Assembly (NCBI RefSeq): GCF_009834535.1
Contig: NC_045696.1
Span: 76,820,001-76,884,000, forward strand
Length of the DNA: 64,000 nucleotides
Direction of reading: 5' to 3'
Origin: Camelus ferus
Taxonomy: Eukaryota
Shown: positions 12,091 through 25,254 of the stretch, one piece after another
Position numbering within the stretch: the first letter of the stretch is position 1
Layout of the letters: each line of letters starts with the position of its first letter
Position numbers and translations under genes: made by a program
The notes under the pieces: model-generated
The model's input: the letters and a program-made list of their open reading frames with translations, nothing else
What the model was told of the DNA's origin: nothing
The model's database searches: none

Positions 12091-12969
12091 TATAATTTAT
12101 TTTTATTTTATTGTTCATAGACCTATAGCAGTACATAGTTTGCCGCTGTTGGTCAGTGCCAGTGAAAACACGTGGGTCTTGCTTAATACGAATCCTTTGT
12201 AGCCTTTGTATATTAGAGGCCAATTCAGTCACATGAGTGACTTCATGGAGACTTTAAAGTTGAGCAGATTACATTCATTGCCTGAATTCACTGGTGAAAG
12301 TTGGAGAGGAAGTGAGTGTGCCAGTATGTAAGAGGCTCCTTCAGCATCTTGCCCGCACTCATTTTACAGCGACAGCCATAGCACTTCTGAGAAGGAGGGG
12401 CTTGAGAGTGGCTGTGCAAAAAGTGCTGGTGGCTGAGAGATTAGCTCTGAAGTGGCGTTTGCACAGCTAGCCCAGTGCCCTTACTCACATCGTGTGGTTA
12501 TGGAGACTGTTGGTGGGAGTGTGTGATAAAGCTCCTCACGCCACTCACTGTGCCACAGCACTGCTGAGTGAAGGTGCGGTTTTGGAGTGCTTTGCTCTGA
12601 GTGACAGCAAACGATCGATCATCCACGTGATATATCCCTGTTTGTCTGTGCACGTAAAGCTGTGGTGTTTGGAGACTGTTTCAGGCTGAAATATCAGCCT
12701 TTCCACTTAGAAATTTCATAGTGTTTTTTGAGTGAAACAAACTATTTATTGGGTCCCAGGCAGTAGGGAGGAAGGGGAGAAAATGACACTGTACTGGTTC
12801 CAGGGAACTCACGCTTTCAGAGGAACTAAATTGCATTAAATCCCTCTTTCAAGGTAATAGTGATTGGCTTACAGGCTTTTTCTGAAGATAGAATAAAATA
12901 TTTGCAAAATAACAAATGCAGAGCCCAGCGTGTAGTGGACTGTCAGTGAATGTTAGTTGTTGGGTTCAT

Positions 12970-13330
12970 CACTGCTGCAGTCATTCAGAAAGAGGTGAGG
13001 CTTGTGTGGACTGGAGAAGTCAAGGAAGATTTAATGGTGAGATAAGGCTTGACTAGGCTTTGGGGATATTTTGATGCTTGGAGTCAGGGGGCCCAGCACA
13101 GAGAAAGGGCAGACACTGGCATAAGGCGGAGCAAGTCTGCAGGACAAATAAGTCTCCATCCTGGGGTGGGAGAGATTTGTTGGAGCAGCTGGTAGGGAGG
13201 AGGGTTTGGCCTAGATTTTGGAGGTCCTTCAAGGCCGGACGGAAGAATCCAGACTTGTTTTATGCGTGTTACACAGCTATCATGGTTTTCCGAGCAAAGA
13301 GCTGGCATGATGAAAATAGCCTTATGTAGA
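12970..13330 (-). mobile_element. L2 LINE fragment
   Basis: Purine-rich L2-like text 'ggagaagtcaaggaagatttaatgg...ggtttggcctagattttggaggtccttcaaggcc...gagctggcatgatg'. Confidence 0.55.
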
Positions 13331-14349
13331 AGCTAGCTCAACAGCAATGAACTCCACAGATTAGTTCCAGAGAGACTCTGGGGCCAGGGAGGCCAGAGTG
13401 GATGCTGAAGCACATGACTGAGGATGTTGAATTTAAAGAGCTATTTAGAACATCACGTTTGATTTTTCCCCCCTTAATTTAATCTTCATTTTGAACCATA
13501 AATCCAGCACTAATAAAGAGAATTGAACGTTTTTTGCTCTTTCAGGGTGTTGGATGGAATCCCAGCAAATGGAATTTAATTTCTACCTAACCTGCTATCT
13601 AATACCTTTTGAGACTCCCAAGTCATATTTCTGCTCCTCTCTACTTGATCTGACACAGTGACAACAATATTTTTTAAAGCTGCTTTAGCTGCCCAGGGAA
13701 GAGTGTAATTGACCTGGCGCTCAAATGCTTTCCAGTTTGCAAGACTGGGGAAGACAGAGGTCACCACTATGTCCGTCATGGTAAACACGAAGAAAGAGTC
13801 CTCATCATTGAATGTGCACTTCTCTGTCAGGGTGTAGGACTCTGTAATTATCAAAACTGACTTAGGTTATAAATTTGGAGAGTTCCCTTGAACTTTATAG
13901 ACTCAAGGAACTTGTAAACTCATAGCTTTTTTTTTCCCCTTGTTAAAAGTTAAGCCAATACTGCCAATTTCAGTGTCAGATCAGTCCATAGAGAAGTATT
14001 TGATTCTCAGGATACGGAAGGTTAGGGAACTGTAAGGCCAGTTATAAATGTCCACTAAACCTGGCTGCAGCCACACCCGGCCCTTTGTCTTCACTGCTGT
14101 TGTTCTGAAAGCGGTTGCCTTGATCCGGTTCTAAGATCAGGGACATGGGTAGGGCTGTAATGGCTCCACCTTCAACAGCTTCGTATGTTTTCTGGCAAAT
14201 CTTCTCTGGGTTCACTGCAGACTAACCTCACTGACAGCCAGGAGAACTAAAAAGAATGGCAGGACTCTTCACCTGCGGTTCCCTGGAGGCATACAGTGCA
14301 ACCCATCCTTAGTGACCTTGTCTAAGCCTTTAATGAGCCCTTAGCTAAA

Positions 14350-14720
14350 CATTTTAACTCTTTACTTTTCTGATTATAAAAGAATGTTCTTTTTGGTTAA
14401 GAAGAGTCTAGAAAATAAGATAAGGATATAAAGAAGAAGATAAAACTCATCATAACCCTGATGCCCAGATGTAATTATTGCCGTATTGGTTTATTTTCAA
14501 AATACTGCATATTTGGAATTACTCAGTATCAGTTTTACGCTTCACCCTCTCACTGAAATTTTTATCTTGAGCTTTAAAAACATGATCTTAAAGTGGCTGC
14601 AGAGTGTTTTGTTGACATACCATACATTTCGGTAACTCTCACTTGGCTTGAATTGATTGTGTAATTTTTGTTGTTTTATAGAATCAGGACTTCTTCACTA
14701 TGCCTTCTTGGTGAGTGCAT
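14350..14720 (-). mobile_element. Ancient L1 (L1ME-type) 3' fragment
   Basis: 'ttctgattataaaag...tctagaaaata...aaaactcatcataaccctgatgcccagatgtaattattg' and 'agtggctgcagagtgtttt'. Confidence 0.55.
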
Positions 14721-14899
14721 CTGCACAAACATATGACCCCCATATTCACTTGGGGTGACTGAAAGGCTCTTATTTACTGGTGAAGACATTTTGGCATTCT
14801 GTTTCATTGCAAAGTATAACAGACAAGGGACTACCAGAAGGGCCTCCTTTTGGAGGTATGAGGACTGTGCGGGATCGAAGCTACTGCACAGAATACCTT

Positions 14900-15411
14900 T
14901 GATTCTTCTGCTTAGATTTCCTCCCCCAGTTTTCTGACTTTTTCCCACTTCTTTGGTTATCATGGGACATGGGCCATTTTTGGACAGTGTGATTTTGTAA
15001 CCTGGCCACGGTCCATGGTTCCAGATTTGGGTACCTGATCAAAACTGGGCCAGTTAGCACCTTGTTCTGACTTTGGACTAAAGCTGAGCGATATCTTTGA
15101 TGACTGACTGCTAATTGAAGCTGTAAGATAGGCTGCTTCAGGGCTGCTGGTGGCCAAGTTTACTGTCTTGTGGACAAGAGAAGGAGAGAAGGCAACTGAG
15201 AGAGTGAAAGTGAGGGTGAGTGAGTGAACAGCAGGAAGGAGAGAGAAATGAAGAGAGAAATGCTGGCATTTAAATAAGTGATTTGAACTGCTCCACAGAC
15301 CTTGAATCTCATGAGTGTACTAAGGATACTTACTATAAAAGTTCCCTCCCCTCACCTTTATTTGTTCAAATTGGCTTTCTGTCACTTGAAATCAAAGTCA
15401 TCCTAACTGTT
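14900..15411 (+). mobile_element. Old MaLR LTR (MLT1K/L-like)
   Basis: Contains 'gtacctgatcaaaactgggccagttag' and 'gctgctggtggcca'; 3' end 'ggctttctgtcacttgaaatcaaagtcatcctaactg'. Confidence 0.6.
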
Positions 15412-16019
15412 AGCACTCTGCCTGCCCTTTTCCTTGGAAAAAGTCTCACCTAGATCATTCTGTTATTTCCTGGTCTGATTTTTAAGAACTTCTTTTTAAT
15501 TTCTTTGTTCTAGAGGAGGAGCTTAGGAAACAAATGAAAGAAGGCTGTAGAGGAAGTAAAACATACTTTTAGAGAAGGGATGTGAGGTCTGTGAAATTTT
15601 ACAATGAAAGTGATGACTATCTATGAACCTGCCCAGCTATTACAGACCTAGAGAGTGCTATGTTTGACTGTTTAGCCCAGAAAACTCCTCCAGAGCCCTG
15701 AAGCACACTGGGGCCTTGAAACCACATCTCCTCGTGAGATGTAGTATCATATCCTGATGAAGTTCTTTAAGTGTACTGCTAGAGTCATTGGACTCTCCGC
15801 AAACCAGATTCTTAACAAATTCCGCTTAAAGAAGAATGCTGTGAAGCTGTAAATACCCGCAGTGTGCCAATCACTGTCCTAGGAGAGCTTAAGCATGCAA
15901 AGGAACTTAAGAAAAACATCTTGTGCTCAGAAAGGATATATTCTCTTGTTAATACAGGACAACAGTATGTACACATGTGTGTACACCTGCTTGTGCTATG
16001 GGGAGACACTACAAAAGGT

Positions 16020-16162
16020 ACTTTACAGTTATTTCTTATTCCTTACAACACCCCTTCTCAGCCTAATTACAGAAGAGAACACTGGTGCTCATCTAAGTCA
16101 AGGAATTGTGCACAGTTGTGAGGTTGAGATTGGACTTCATGGATCTTCAAAGCCTGTGCTCT
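16020..16162 (-). mobile_element. MIR SINE interrupted by an LTR
   Basis: 'cttattccttacaacacccc...ttacagaagagaacactgg...cttcaaagcctgtgctct'; it resumes briefly after 16676. Confidence 0.65.
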
Positions 16163-16672
16163 TGTCTACTGAAATAAAATGTGCATCCTAAAAGCTGAGA
16201 GTTCTACTTTATTCGGTAGACTTTCTGAGGACTCGAGCCTCAAATCGCTCTAAGAGACTGCTCCCCCCAGACAAGGGAGAAGGCAGGATATATAGGAGCT
16301 TTTGCAACAAAGACCATGTTAGTCAGAACATCAAAATATTACTATTAATTAAAGAAGACCAGATATTTCAAGTTAAGGAATTTGTTGCTTTTCTGTGTAT
16401 GGGAAGGTGCAAAGGTCTGGGCTCATTGAAACCATTCCTTTGATGTGCACCCGGCTGTCTAGGGCCAGGATCCTGTTTGTCCACATCCTGAGCTTCCTCA
16501 GGGGGCACTGTTGAGGGCGGCAGCAGAAGGTGGGCTGCCTGCTTGTCTGCGTCCTGAGTTCCCTCCACTCACTGTTGGCTGGTGGGTGAGGGTGGGGGCA
16601 GTAGCAGCTGATGACTTGATGGCCACAGCATCCTTTGTTTACTGATATGGCTGGCAATATTTTTCTTTCACA
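16163..16672 (-). mobile_element. Solo ERV1-class LTR, 510 bp, with 4-bp TSD
   Basis: TG...CA termini (tgtctact...tttcaca) are flanked by CTCT at 16159-16162 and 16673-16676. On the minus strand, TATATA ('gatatatagg' ~16290) precedes AATAAA ('tttatt' 16208-16213). The body resembles laurasiatherian ERV1 LTRs. Confidence 0.85.
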
Positions 16673-18044
16673 CTCTTCACATTGTCCTACGCTTTCACTG
16701 CCTTATGCTGTCCGCATATCTAGTTAGGAAATAAAACATATGCACATGAAAATGTAGCCAGGGACCTCATCCTTAGAATCAGGTTGAGAGAAACAGGAAG
16801 CACATATCCCAGTGATCCAAAATGCAGTGAGTCCCCTGAAATGGGGTAGTTGTGGACCCCTGTATGTATGAGGTAGAGCTTGAATTGGTCCATAAAGGAG
16901 GGAATGGGCCTAGGCACTAGAGAAAAGCATACACAGAGCCTTAGGTAATAGTTGCTGGAATGGTGATGAGATAGTGGCTCCTAAGAATTGCATCAATCTC
17001 ATAGTTGATTATTTATTGGCTTGGTCAGGGCTGGGCCACCGGTCACTTTTATGGGGTCAACAAAGCCAACTGCTGAAGGATTTATTTAATGATCTGCCTG
17101 AGTAGCTTGGGAGATTAGGGCAGGTTGGTGAAACCCACACAGACCTTTATTGTTGTCTGCAAAGCAAATTAGGCTCTTCACAGTGAATTAAAAATTTCAT
17201 TTCCCTGTGCACCGTATTTCATACTGGATAAGTGAGAATATTTAAATAATTACAATTTTAATATCTTAGAGTACGTCAGGACTGAAGCTCACTGCGTGTT
17301 TTCAGTCCTTGTTTTGCTCCTAAGAACAATACAAAGATTCAATTTATTAAGATCTTAGTCAAGCCAAATACTGGCTTTGAAGAAATGGTAGATTTGCACT
17401 GAAAAGAACAGAAGAAAATAACATACAGAAGTTTTGCTGTTTCAGTTGTAGATCTCAACGGGTGTATGTGGCATAAACTCTGCTGTGATTACTCTTCTAG
17501 GATGAACTATTACATAGATAGTTCAAGGTGGATCTAAGCAGAGGAACTGTGCTTTAAATAGGTTCATTTTTACCCCCTTTGAGACACAGAAGCCTTTAAG
17601 ATAATATTTTGGATAAAATCTTTGTATTAGTATACAGTGACCTAAATATTAGGTCCCTGGCAGCTGACACACATGGGATTTATTTTATGAAGTAAGCCAC
17701 TGAAGCTCTGCATAAAGTAGGTGGTAATCAAACATTAAACCTTGGGTGTAAGACCCACAGCAGTAAGACATGAATATTCAGCTTCTTGGTTCTGGATTGC
17801 ACAGCTTGGAATGTAGCAGTGGCTCATCAAATGTCAGGTTCTCCTCAAGTATTTATTCTTTGCACCACTCATTTGCCAATTAATCATCGGCTGCCTTGTG
17901 CCCTTGTTTATCCTGTTCTCTTGTGTTGTGTTGAAGCAGTATTGCAGAATGATTAATGCATGCCTGCTTAGAATTCTGACTTTGACTTTTATGTGCTGTG
18001 TGATTTACATAACCTTTCTACATTCCATTTTTCTTATTTGTCTT

Positions 18045-20310
18045 TTCTAGCTTTATTGAGATATTGTTGACACATAACATATGTAAGTTTAAGGTGTCCA
18101 ATGTGATTTAACATTTATATATATATATATATCATAAAATGATTACTATAATAAAATTAGTTAACAGCTCCACCCCCTCATATAATTACCAGTTTTTTTG
18201 TGTGTGGTGAAACATTTAAGATCTACTTTCTTAGCAACTTTCAAGTACACGATATAATACTGTTCATTATAGTCACCATTCTGTACATTAGATCCCCAGA
18301 ACTTATTTGTCTTATAGCTGGAAGTTTGTGCCCTTTGACCAACATCTCCCCATTTCTCCCACCCCTCCACCCCCTCATCCTAGTCCTCTGGCCACTACCA
18401 TTCTACTCTCTGCTGCTGTGAGTTTGGCATTTTTAGATTCTACATGTCAGTGAGAACATACACTCTATTTCACTTAGTGTAATGCCCTCAAGGACAACCC
18501 ATGTTGTTGCAAAGGCAGAATTTCCTTTTTTTTTATATAGCTGAATAATATTTCATTGCATACGTACACACTACAGTTTCTTAATTCATTCATTTGTTAA
18601 TAGATATTTAGGTTGTTTTCATACCTTGGCTATTGTAAATAGTGCTGCCATGAACATGGGGTGCAAATACCTTTTTGAGATGATGATTTTATGTCTTTTG
18701 GATATATACCCAGGAATGGGCTTGCTGGATCATATGGCAGTTCTATTTTGAATTTTTCGATAAACCTCCATACTGCTTTCTATAGTGGTGGCTACAATTT
18801 ACATTCCCACAAACAGTGCACAAGAGTTCCTTTTCTCCACATTCTTGCCAATACTTGTTATCATTCTTCTGATAAAACCCATTCTAACAGTTGTGAAGTG
18901 ATATCTCATTGTGGTTTTGATTTTCAGTTCCCTGATAATTAATGCAGTTGAGCATCTTTTCATATATCAGTTAGCAATTTGTGTGTATACTTTGCAAAAA
19001 ATGTCTATTCAAGTCCCCTGCCCATTTTAAAATAAGATTATTTTTTGGTTTTGAATTACATGAGTTCCATGTATTTTGGGTATTAACTCCTTATCAGATG
19101 ACTTACAAATATTTCCTCTCATTGTGTAGGTAGTTTTTATATTCTTCTGATTTTTCTCTTTTGCTGTGTGGAAGCTTTTTAGTTTGATGTCGCCTCATTT
19201 GTTTATTTTTGCTTTTGTTGCTTCTGCTTTTGATGTCTTACTCAAAAATTATTGCCAAGATCAATGTCAAGGAGCTTTATCCTTATGTTTTTTTTTCTAG
19301 TGATTTTTCAGTTTTGGATTTTACACTTAAGTCTTTAATCCATTTTGGGTTAATTTTTGTGTATAGTGTAAAATAAGGATTCAGTTTCATTCTTTGTGTG
19401 TGAATATCCAGTTTCCCCAGCACTGTTTATTGAAGAGACTGTCCTTTTTCTATCGCTTTTTCTTGGCTCCTTTGTCAAATGTTAGTTGACCATATATGCA
19501 TGGGCTTATTATGGGCCCTCTGGTCTGTCCCATTGGTCTATGTGTCTGTTTTTTATGCCAGTACCATACTGTTTTGATTACTATAGCTTTGTAGTAAAGT
19601 TTGGAATCAGGAAGTGTGATGCCTCCAGCTTTATTCTTCCTCAAGATTGCTTTGGTTATTTGGATTTTTGTTGTTGTTGTTTCTTGTGAATTTTAGGGTT
19701 GTTTTTCTTTTTGGGGGAAAAATGCCATTGGAATTTTGATAGGGATTACATTGAATCTATAGATGGGTTTGCATAATATGGACATTTTAATTATATTAAT
19801 TCCTCCAGTCCATGAACAGAGGATATCTTTTCATTCATTGCTGTCTTCCTCAATTTCTTCCATTAATGTCTTACAATTTTCTGAGTACATATTGTTCACC
19901 AACTTGGTTAAATTTATTTCTATGTATTTTATTATTTTTTGATGCTATTGTAAATAGGATTGTTTCCTTTACTTCTTCTTAAGGTAGTCTATTGTTAGTA
20001 TATAGAAACACAAATGATTTTTGTATGTTGTTTTTCTGTTCTACAATATTACTGAATTCATTGTTCTAGTAGTTTTTTGGTGATGTCTTTAGAAATTTTT
20101 GTATGTAAGATTATATCATATGCAAACAGAGGCAATATTACTTCTTCCTTTCCAACTAGGATGCCTTTTATTTCCTTTTCTTGCCTAATTGATCTGGCTT
20201 GGACTTCCAGTGCTATGCTGAGTAGAAGTGTGAGAGTGGATACTCTTGTTCCTCATGTTAGTGGGAAAGATTTCACTCTTTATCATTTAGTGTGATGTTA
20301 GCTTTGGGTT
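18045..20310 (-). mobile_element. LINE-1 (L1MA9-like) 3' UTR and ORF2 relic
   Basis: 3' end 'agctttattgagata...gtttaaggtg...gaaacatttaagatctact'. ORF 19450-19644 'KNKAGGITLPDSKLYYKAIVIKTVWYWHK' is L1 ORF2. Truncated within the RT region at ~20310. Confidence 0.92.
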
Positions 20311-20494
20311 TATTTATTTATTTTTAATTAAAGTATAGTTGATTTACAATGCTGTGTCAGTTTCTGGTGTACAGAAAGTGATTCATATGTATATATTCAT
20401 TTTCCATTTTGGTTTATTACAGGATGTTGAATATAGTTCCCTGTGTTACAGTAAGACCTTTTTGCTGTTTTTCTGTTTTACTATATTTTGTGTT
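20311..20494 (-). mobile_element. Short L1 3' end (second element of the stack)
   Basis: A T-rich tail is followed by 'aagtatagttgatttacaatgctgtgtcagtttctggtgtacag...ttgaatatagttccctgtg'. Confidence 0.85.
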
Positions 20495-21017
20495 TTTTTT
20501 TCTTAAAAAAATTTTTTTTTTATTGAAGTGTAGTTGATTTACAATGTTAGTGTCAGGTGTATAGCAAAGGATCCACTTATACATGTACATACACACACAC
20601 ATATATATTTTTTCAAGTTCCTTTCCATTATAGTTTATTATAACAAACTGAATATAATTCCCTGTGCTATAAAGTAGGTCCTTGCTGTTTATCTATTTTA
20701 TATATAGTAATATGTATCTATTAATCCCAAACTTCTAATTTATCTCTCTCAAGCCTTTTCCCTTTTGGTAACCATAGTTTGTTTTTTATGTCCATGCGTC
20801 TATTTTTGATTTATAAATAAAATTTGCATTATTGTTGAAGATTCCACTTATAAGAGATATCATATGATATTTGTCTTTGTGTGACTTCACTGAATATAAT
20901 AATTTTTAGGTCCATCCACATTGCTGCAAATGGCATTATTCATTCTTTTTTATAGCTGAGTAGTATTCCATTGTATCTATATGCCACATATTCCATTGTG
21001 TATACATACCACATATT
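20495..21017 (-). mobile_element. L1 3' UTR (third element of the stack)
   Basis: A new poly-T precedes 'tattgaagtgtagttgatttacaatgttagtgtcaggtgtatagc...ttgctgcaaatggcattatt'. Confidence 0.85.
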
Positions 21018-24000
21018 CTTTTTTAAAATTTAAGTATAGTTAGTTACAATGTGTCAATTTCTAGTGTACAGCACAATGCCCTAGTGATGCATATACATAC
21101 ATACATTTTCATATTCTTTTCCATTAAAAGTTATTACAAGATATTGAGCATAGTTCCCCGTGCTATATAGAAGATACTTTTTAAAAAAATCTATTTTTAT
21201 ATATAGTGGCTAACGTTTGTAAATCTCAAACTCTCAAATTTATCCCTTTCCCCAGTAACCATAAGATTGTTTACTATGTCTGTGAGTCTGTTTCTGTTTT
21301 GTAGATGAGTTCATAGTGTCCTTTTTTCCCCTTAGATTCCACGTATGACTAATGTTATATGATATTTTTCTTTCTCTTTCTGGCTTACTTCAGTTAGTAT
21401 GTCAATCTCTAGGTCCACCATGTTGCTGCAAATGGTATTGTTTTATTCTTTTTTATGGCCGAGGTAGTATTCCATTCTATGAATATACCACAACTTCTTT
21501 ATCCAGTCATCTGTTGATGGACGTTTAGGTTGTTTCCATGTCTTGGCTACTGTAAATAGTACTGCTATGATCCATTGGGATGCATGTGTCTTTTCAAACT
21601 ACAGTTTTCTCCAGATATATGCCCAGGAGTGGGATTGCTGGATCATATGAAAAGCCTATTTTCAGTTTTTTAAGGAACCTCCATACTGTCCTTTGTAGTG
21701 GCTGTACCAATTTACATTTACACCAATAGTATAGGAGGGTTTCTTTTTCTCCATACCCTTTCCAGCATTTATTACTTGTAGACTTTTTAATGATGGCCAT
21801 TCTGATGGGTGTGAGGTTATATGTTATTGTAGTTTTGATTTGCATTTCTTCAGTAATTAGTGCATCTTTTCATTTGCCTGTTGGCCATCTGGATGTCTTC
21901 TTTGAAATGTCTATGTAGGTCTTCTGCCCACTTTTTGATTAGGTTGTTTGTTTCTTTGATATTGAGTTGTATGAGCTATTTGTATATTTTGGAAATTAAG
22001 CCCTCATTGGTCACATTCTTTGCAAATATTTTCTCCCAATTCATTGGTTGCCTTTTTGTTTTGTTTATGGTTTTCTTTGCTGTGCAAAGGCTTATAAGTT
22101 TGTTTAGGTCCTATTTGTTTATTTCTGCTTTTATTTCTATTAGCTTGAGAGACTGACCTAAGAAAACATTGCTATGATTTATGTCAGAAAATGCTTTGCC
22201 TATGTTCTCTTTTAGGAGGTTTATTGTATCATGTTTTATATTTAGGCCTTTAAGCCATTTTGAGTTTATTTTTGTGTATGGTATGTGGACGCGTTCTAAT
22301 TGACATGACTTGCTGAAGAAACTAACTTTTCTCCATTGTATATTCTTGCCTCCTTTGTTGAAGATTAATTGACCATAGGTGTGTAGGTGTATTTGTGGGC
22401 TCTTTATTCTGTTCCATTGACCCATATATCTGTTTTTGTGCCAATTACCATACTGCTTTGATTTCTGTAGCTCTGTAGTATTATCTGATGTCAGGTGGGT
22501 TATGTCTCCAGCTTTGTTCTTTTTCCTCAGCGTTGTTTTGGAGATCCTGGTCTTTTTGGTTCCATATACATTTTAGGGATTATTTGTTCTAGTTTTGTGA
22601 AAAATGCCATGGGTTATTTGATAAAGATCACATTAAACCTGCAGATTGCTTTGAGTAGTATGACCATTTTGGCAATATTAATTCTTCCAATCTGACAGCA
22701 TGGGATATCTTTTCATTTCCTTGAATTATCTTCAGTTTCCTTTATCAGTGTTTTATACTTCTCAGCATTCAGTCTTTCACCTCCTTGGTCCAGTTTATTC
22801 CTAAGTATTTTTTTGGTCAAATTTTAAAAGGGATTTTTTTTTTTTAACTTTCCCTTTTTGACATTTCATTGTTAGGGTAAAGAAATTCCACAGATTTCCA
22901 TATGCTAATCTTGTATCCTGCTACCTTGCTGAAATCATTTATCAGTTCCAGTAGTTTTTGTGGTTTTCTATATATATTATCATGTTATCCACATATAATG
23001 ACAATTTTACCTCTTCTCTCCCAATTTGGATACTTTTTATTTCTTTTTCTTGTCTGATTGCTGTGGCTAGGAATTCCAGTACTATGTTGAATGGAAATGG
23101 TGAGAGTGGGTGTCCTTGTCTTGTTCCAGAGTTTAGTGGGATGGCTTTCAACTTTTCACTGTTGAGTATTATGTTGGCTGTGGATTTGTCATTAAATAGC
23201 TTTTATTATGTTGAGATACATTCTTTCTGTACCTGCTTTAGTAAGAGTTTTTATCATGAATGGGTGCTGAATTTCATCAAATGTTTTTTCTGTATCTATT
23301 GAGATGATCATGTGATTTTTGTCCTTTTTTGGTTTGTTTTTTAATGTGGTGTATCTTGTTGATTGATTTGAGTTTATTGAACCATTCTAGTGACCCTGGG
23401 ATGAATCCAGCTTGATCATGGTGTATGATCCTTTTTATGTGTTGTTGGATTCTGTTTGATAATATTTATTGAGAATTTTTACATCTATATTCATCAAAGA
23501 TACTGGTCTTTAATTTTTTTTTTTGTTATTTTCTTTGTCTGGTTTTGGTATCAAGGTGATAGTGGCTTCATAGAGTAGCTTTGGAAGTGTTCCCTCATCT
23601 TTAATTTTTTGGAAGAGTTCGAGATGGATTGGTATAAGTTCTTTGTATGTTTGGTAGAATTTCCCAGAGAAGCCATCTAGTCCTGGACTTTTGTTTGCCG
23701 GGAATTTTTATAATTACAGATTCTATTTCACCTCTAGTGATCGGTCTGTTCAAATTATCTGTTACTTCTCATCTCAGTCTTGGTGAGCTGCATGTTTCTA
23801 GAAACTTGTCCACTTCTTGTAGGTTGTATAATTTATTGACATATAATTGTTCATAGTATTCTCATGGTTTTTTGTATTTCTGTGGTATTGGTTGTTATTT
23901 CTCCTATTTTATTTCTTACTTTATTTGGGTCCTCTCTCTTTTGGTGAGCCTGGCCAGAGTTTTGTTGGTTTTGTGTACCCTTTCAAAGAATCAGGTCTTG

Positions 24001-24022
24001 GATGTATTGATTTTTTTTTTTT
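21018..24022 (-). mobile_element. LINE-1 3' UTR plus ~2.4 kb ORF2 relic (fourth element of the stack)
   Basis: A new T-tail starts at 21018. ORF2 C-terminus 21594-21845 'MQIKTT...MAIIKKS...CW...[29 protein letters not shown]'. RT segment 22942-23151 '[48 protein letters not shown]', with the catalytic YADD decayed to YVDN. Confidence 0.93.
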
Positions 24023-24414
24023 GGGTTAACAAAGGGCTTTGCACATAGTAGGTACTTGATATACACAAAGGGTATGAATTTTAAAAGCCACTTACTCAAG
24101 CCTATCAAAGTACCTAATTTCTTAATTTTTTTGGTCACTGAAATTAGTATATATGTTACTGGATATTTCATCTAGTGGCAGAAACGTAATCTTACACAAC
24201 TTGGATTAATGTCAGTCACTTCTGGGTTTTCTAATTCAACTCAATTTCCCCCCTACTCATCCTTCCTTGAGAAGATGGAGACTTGGGGAACAACTTATGT
24301 AGTGCTACCCTGTTGATAAGAAATGGTGGTGTCTGGTCTTCATTTGTTATCACCTGTCTTTGCTTGCATTTACTGCTAACGTACAGCACTTGGCTGTGTT
24401 AGTGTTAATCCTAA

Positions 24415-25020
24415 CTGGTAGCCCTTGAAGACCTGGGAACCCAGTTAGCATCAAGCTCACATGGTCCACGTCCTATCAACTTTCCATGATACCTTATGGA
24501 GACAACAAAACCCTTATGGAATTCCTATGTTCAAGAGCATGTTTACTCATCTCTTAAAATAATGGGAAAATCTTAATCCCTTTGGGGATGCTTGAGATTC
24601 CCTATGAAGCTATTACAGACTCTCCAGTCACAGAACTCCATGTAACCATCTGCACTCTTCTGTGCTTTGCTTTGGTACTGTAGGAAATTAAATAGGATTT
24701 GGTGTCCTTTTGGTGCTCCAGAGGACAGAATCTCCTATTATGTACCATGCATGTTGCTGTGAGGAATTCCAAAGAGCTTGGGATCCTCCAAGGGTTCCAG
24801 ATCTTCTGTCCTGTGCCATGGTATTGTGAGGAAATCTGTAAGGCTTGGGGTCCTTTAGGAATTCCAGATCCAGCAGGCTGTGCTACCATATTTACTATAT
24901 TCCTGTCATACCATGCAGGTAATGGATATTCTCCTCAAGGCTTTCCACTCCCATATAGCAGGCCTGAGTGTATCTTTTTAATCTACTATGTTGAACTTTC
25001 TTCTATGCTTAACTAACTCA
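24415..25020 (-). mobile_element. Possible ancient LTR relic (LTR78-like); uncertain
   Basis: Composition differs from the flanks. The minus-strand end 'gtgagcttgatgctaactgggttcccaggtcttcaagggcta' recalls old eutherian LTR 3' ends. No TSD found. Confidence 0.3.
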
Positions 25021-25254
25021 TCACATCTACCCAGCTCAGAGTTTTCTCTCAATGGTGGAAGTTCAGGTGATGAAGAGAAGAGTGAGATGAGGGATTGACT
25101 CCCTTCTCAGAGGCCTGTAGCTGTCCAGATTGATTGGTAGAGAGTAAACATAAGTTGATTGCAGAGACAACTCCATTGCTGCCCATACTTATTACACATT
25201 GTATTATGTATTACATATTGATTAACCTCTCTCTGTAATCTTATGTATAGTAAA

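Noticed and set aside
13546..13600. Exon after the acceptor 'ttttttgctctttcag'
   Set aside because: Stops follow within ~45 nt in the frames I checked, there is no nearby convincing donor, and no peptide is recognisable.
21594..23151. Active reverse transcriptase or novel retro-element system
   Set aside because: It is ordinary L1 ORF2, fragmented by stops and frameshifts, 5'-truncated, with the catalytic YADD mutated to YVDN.
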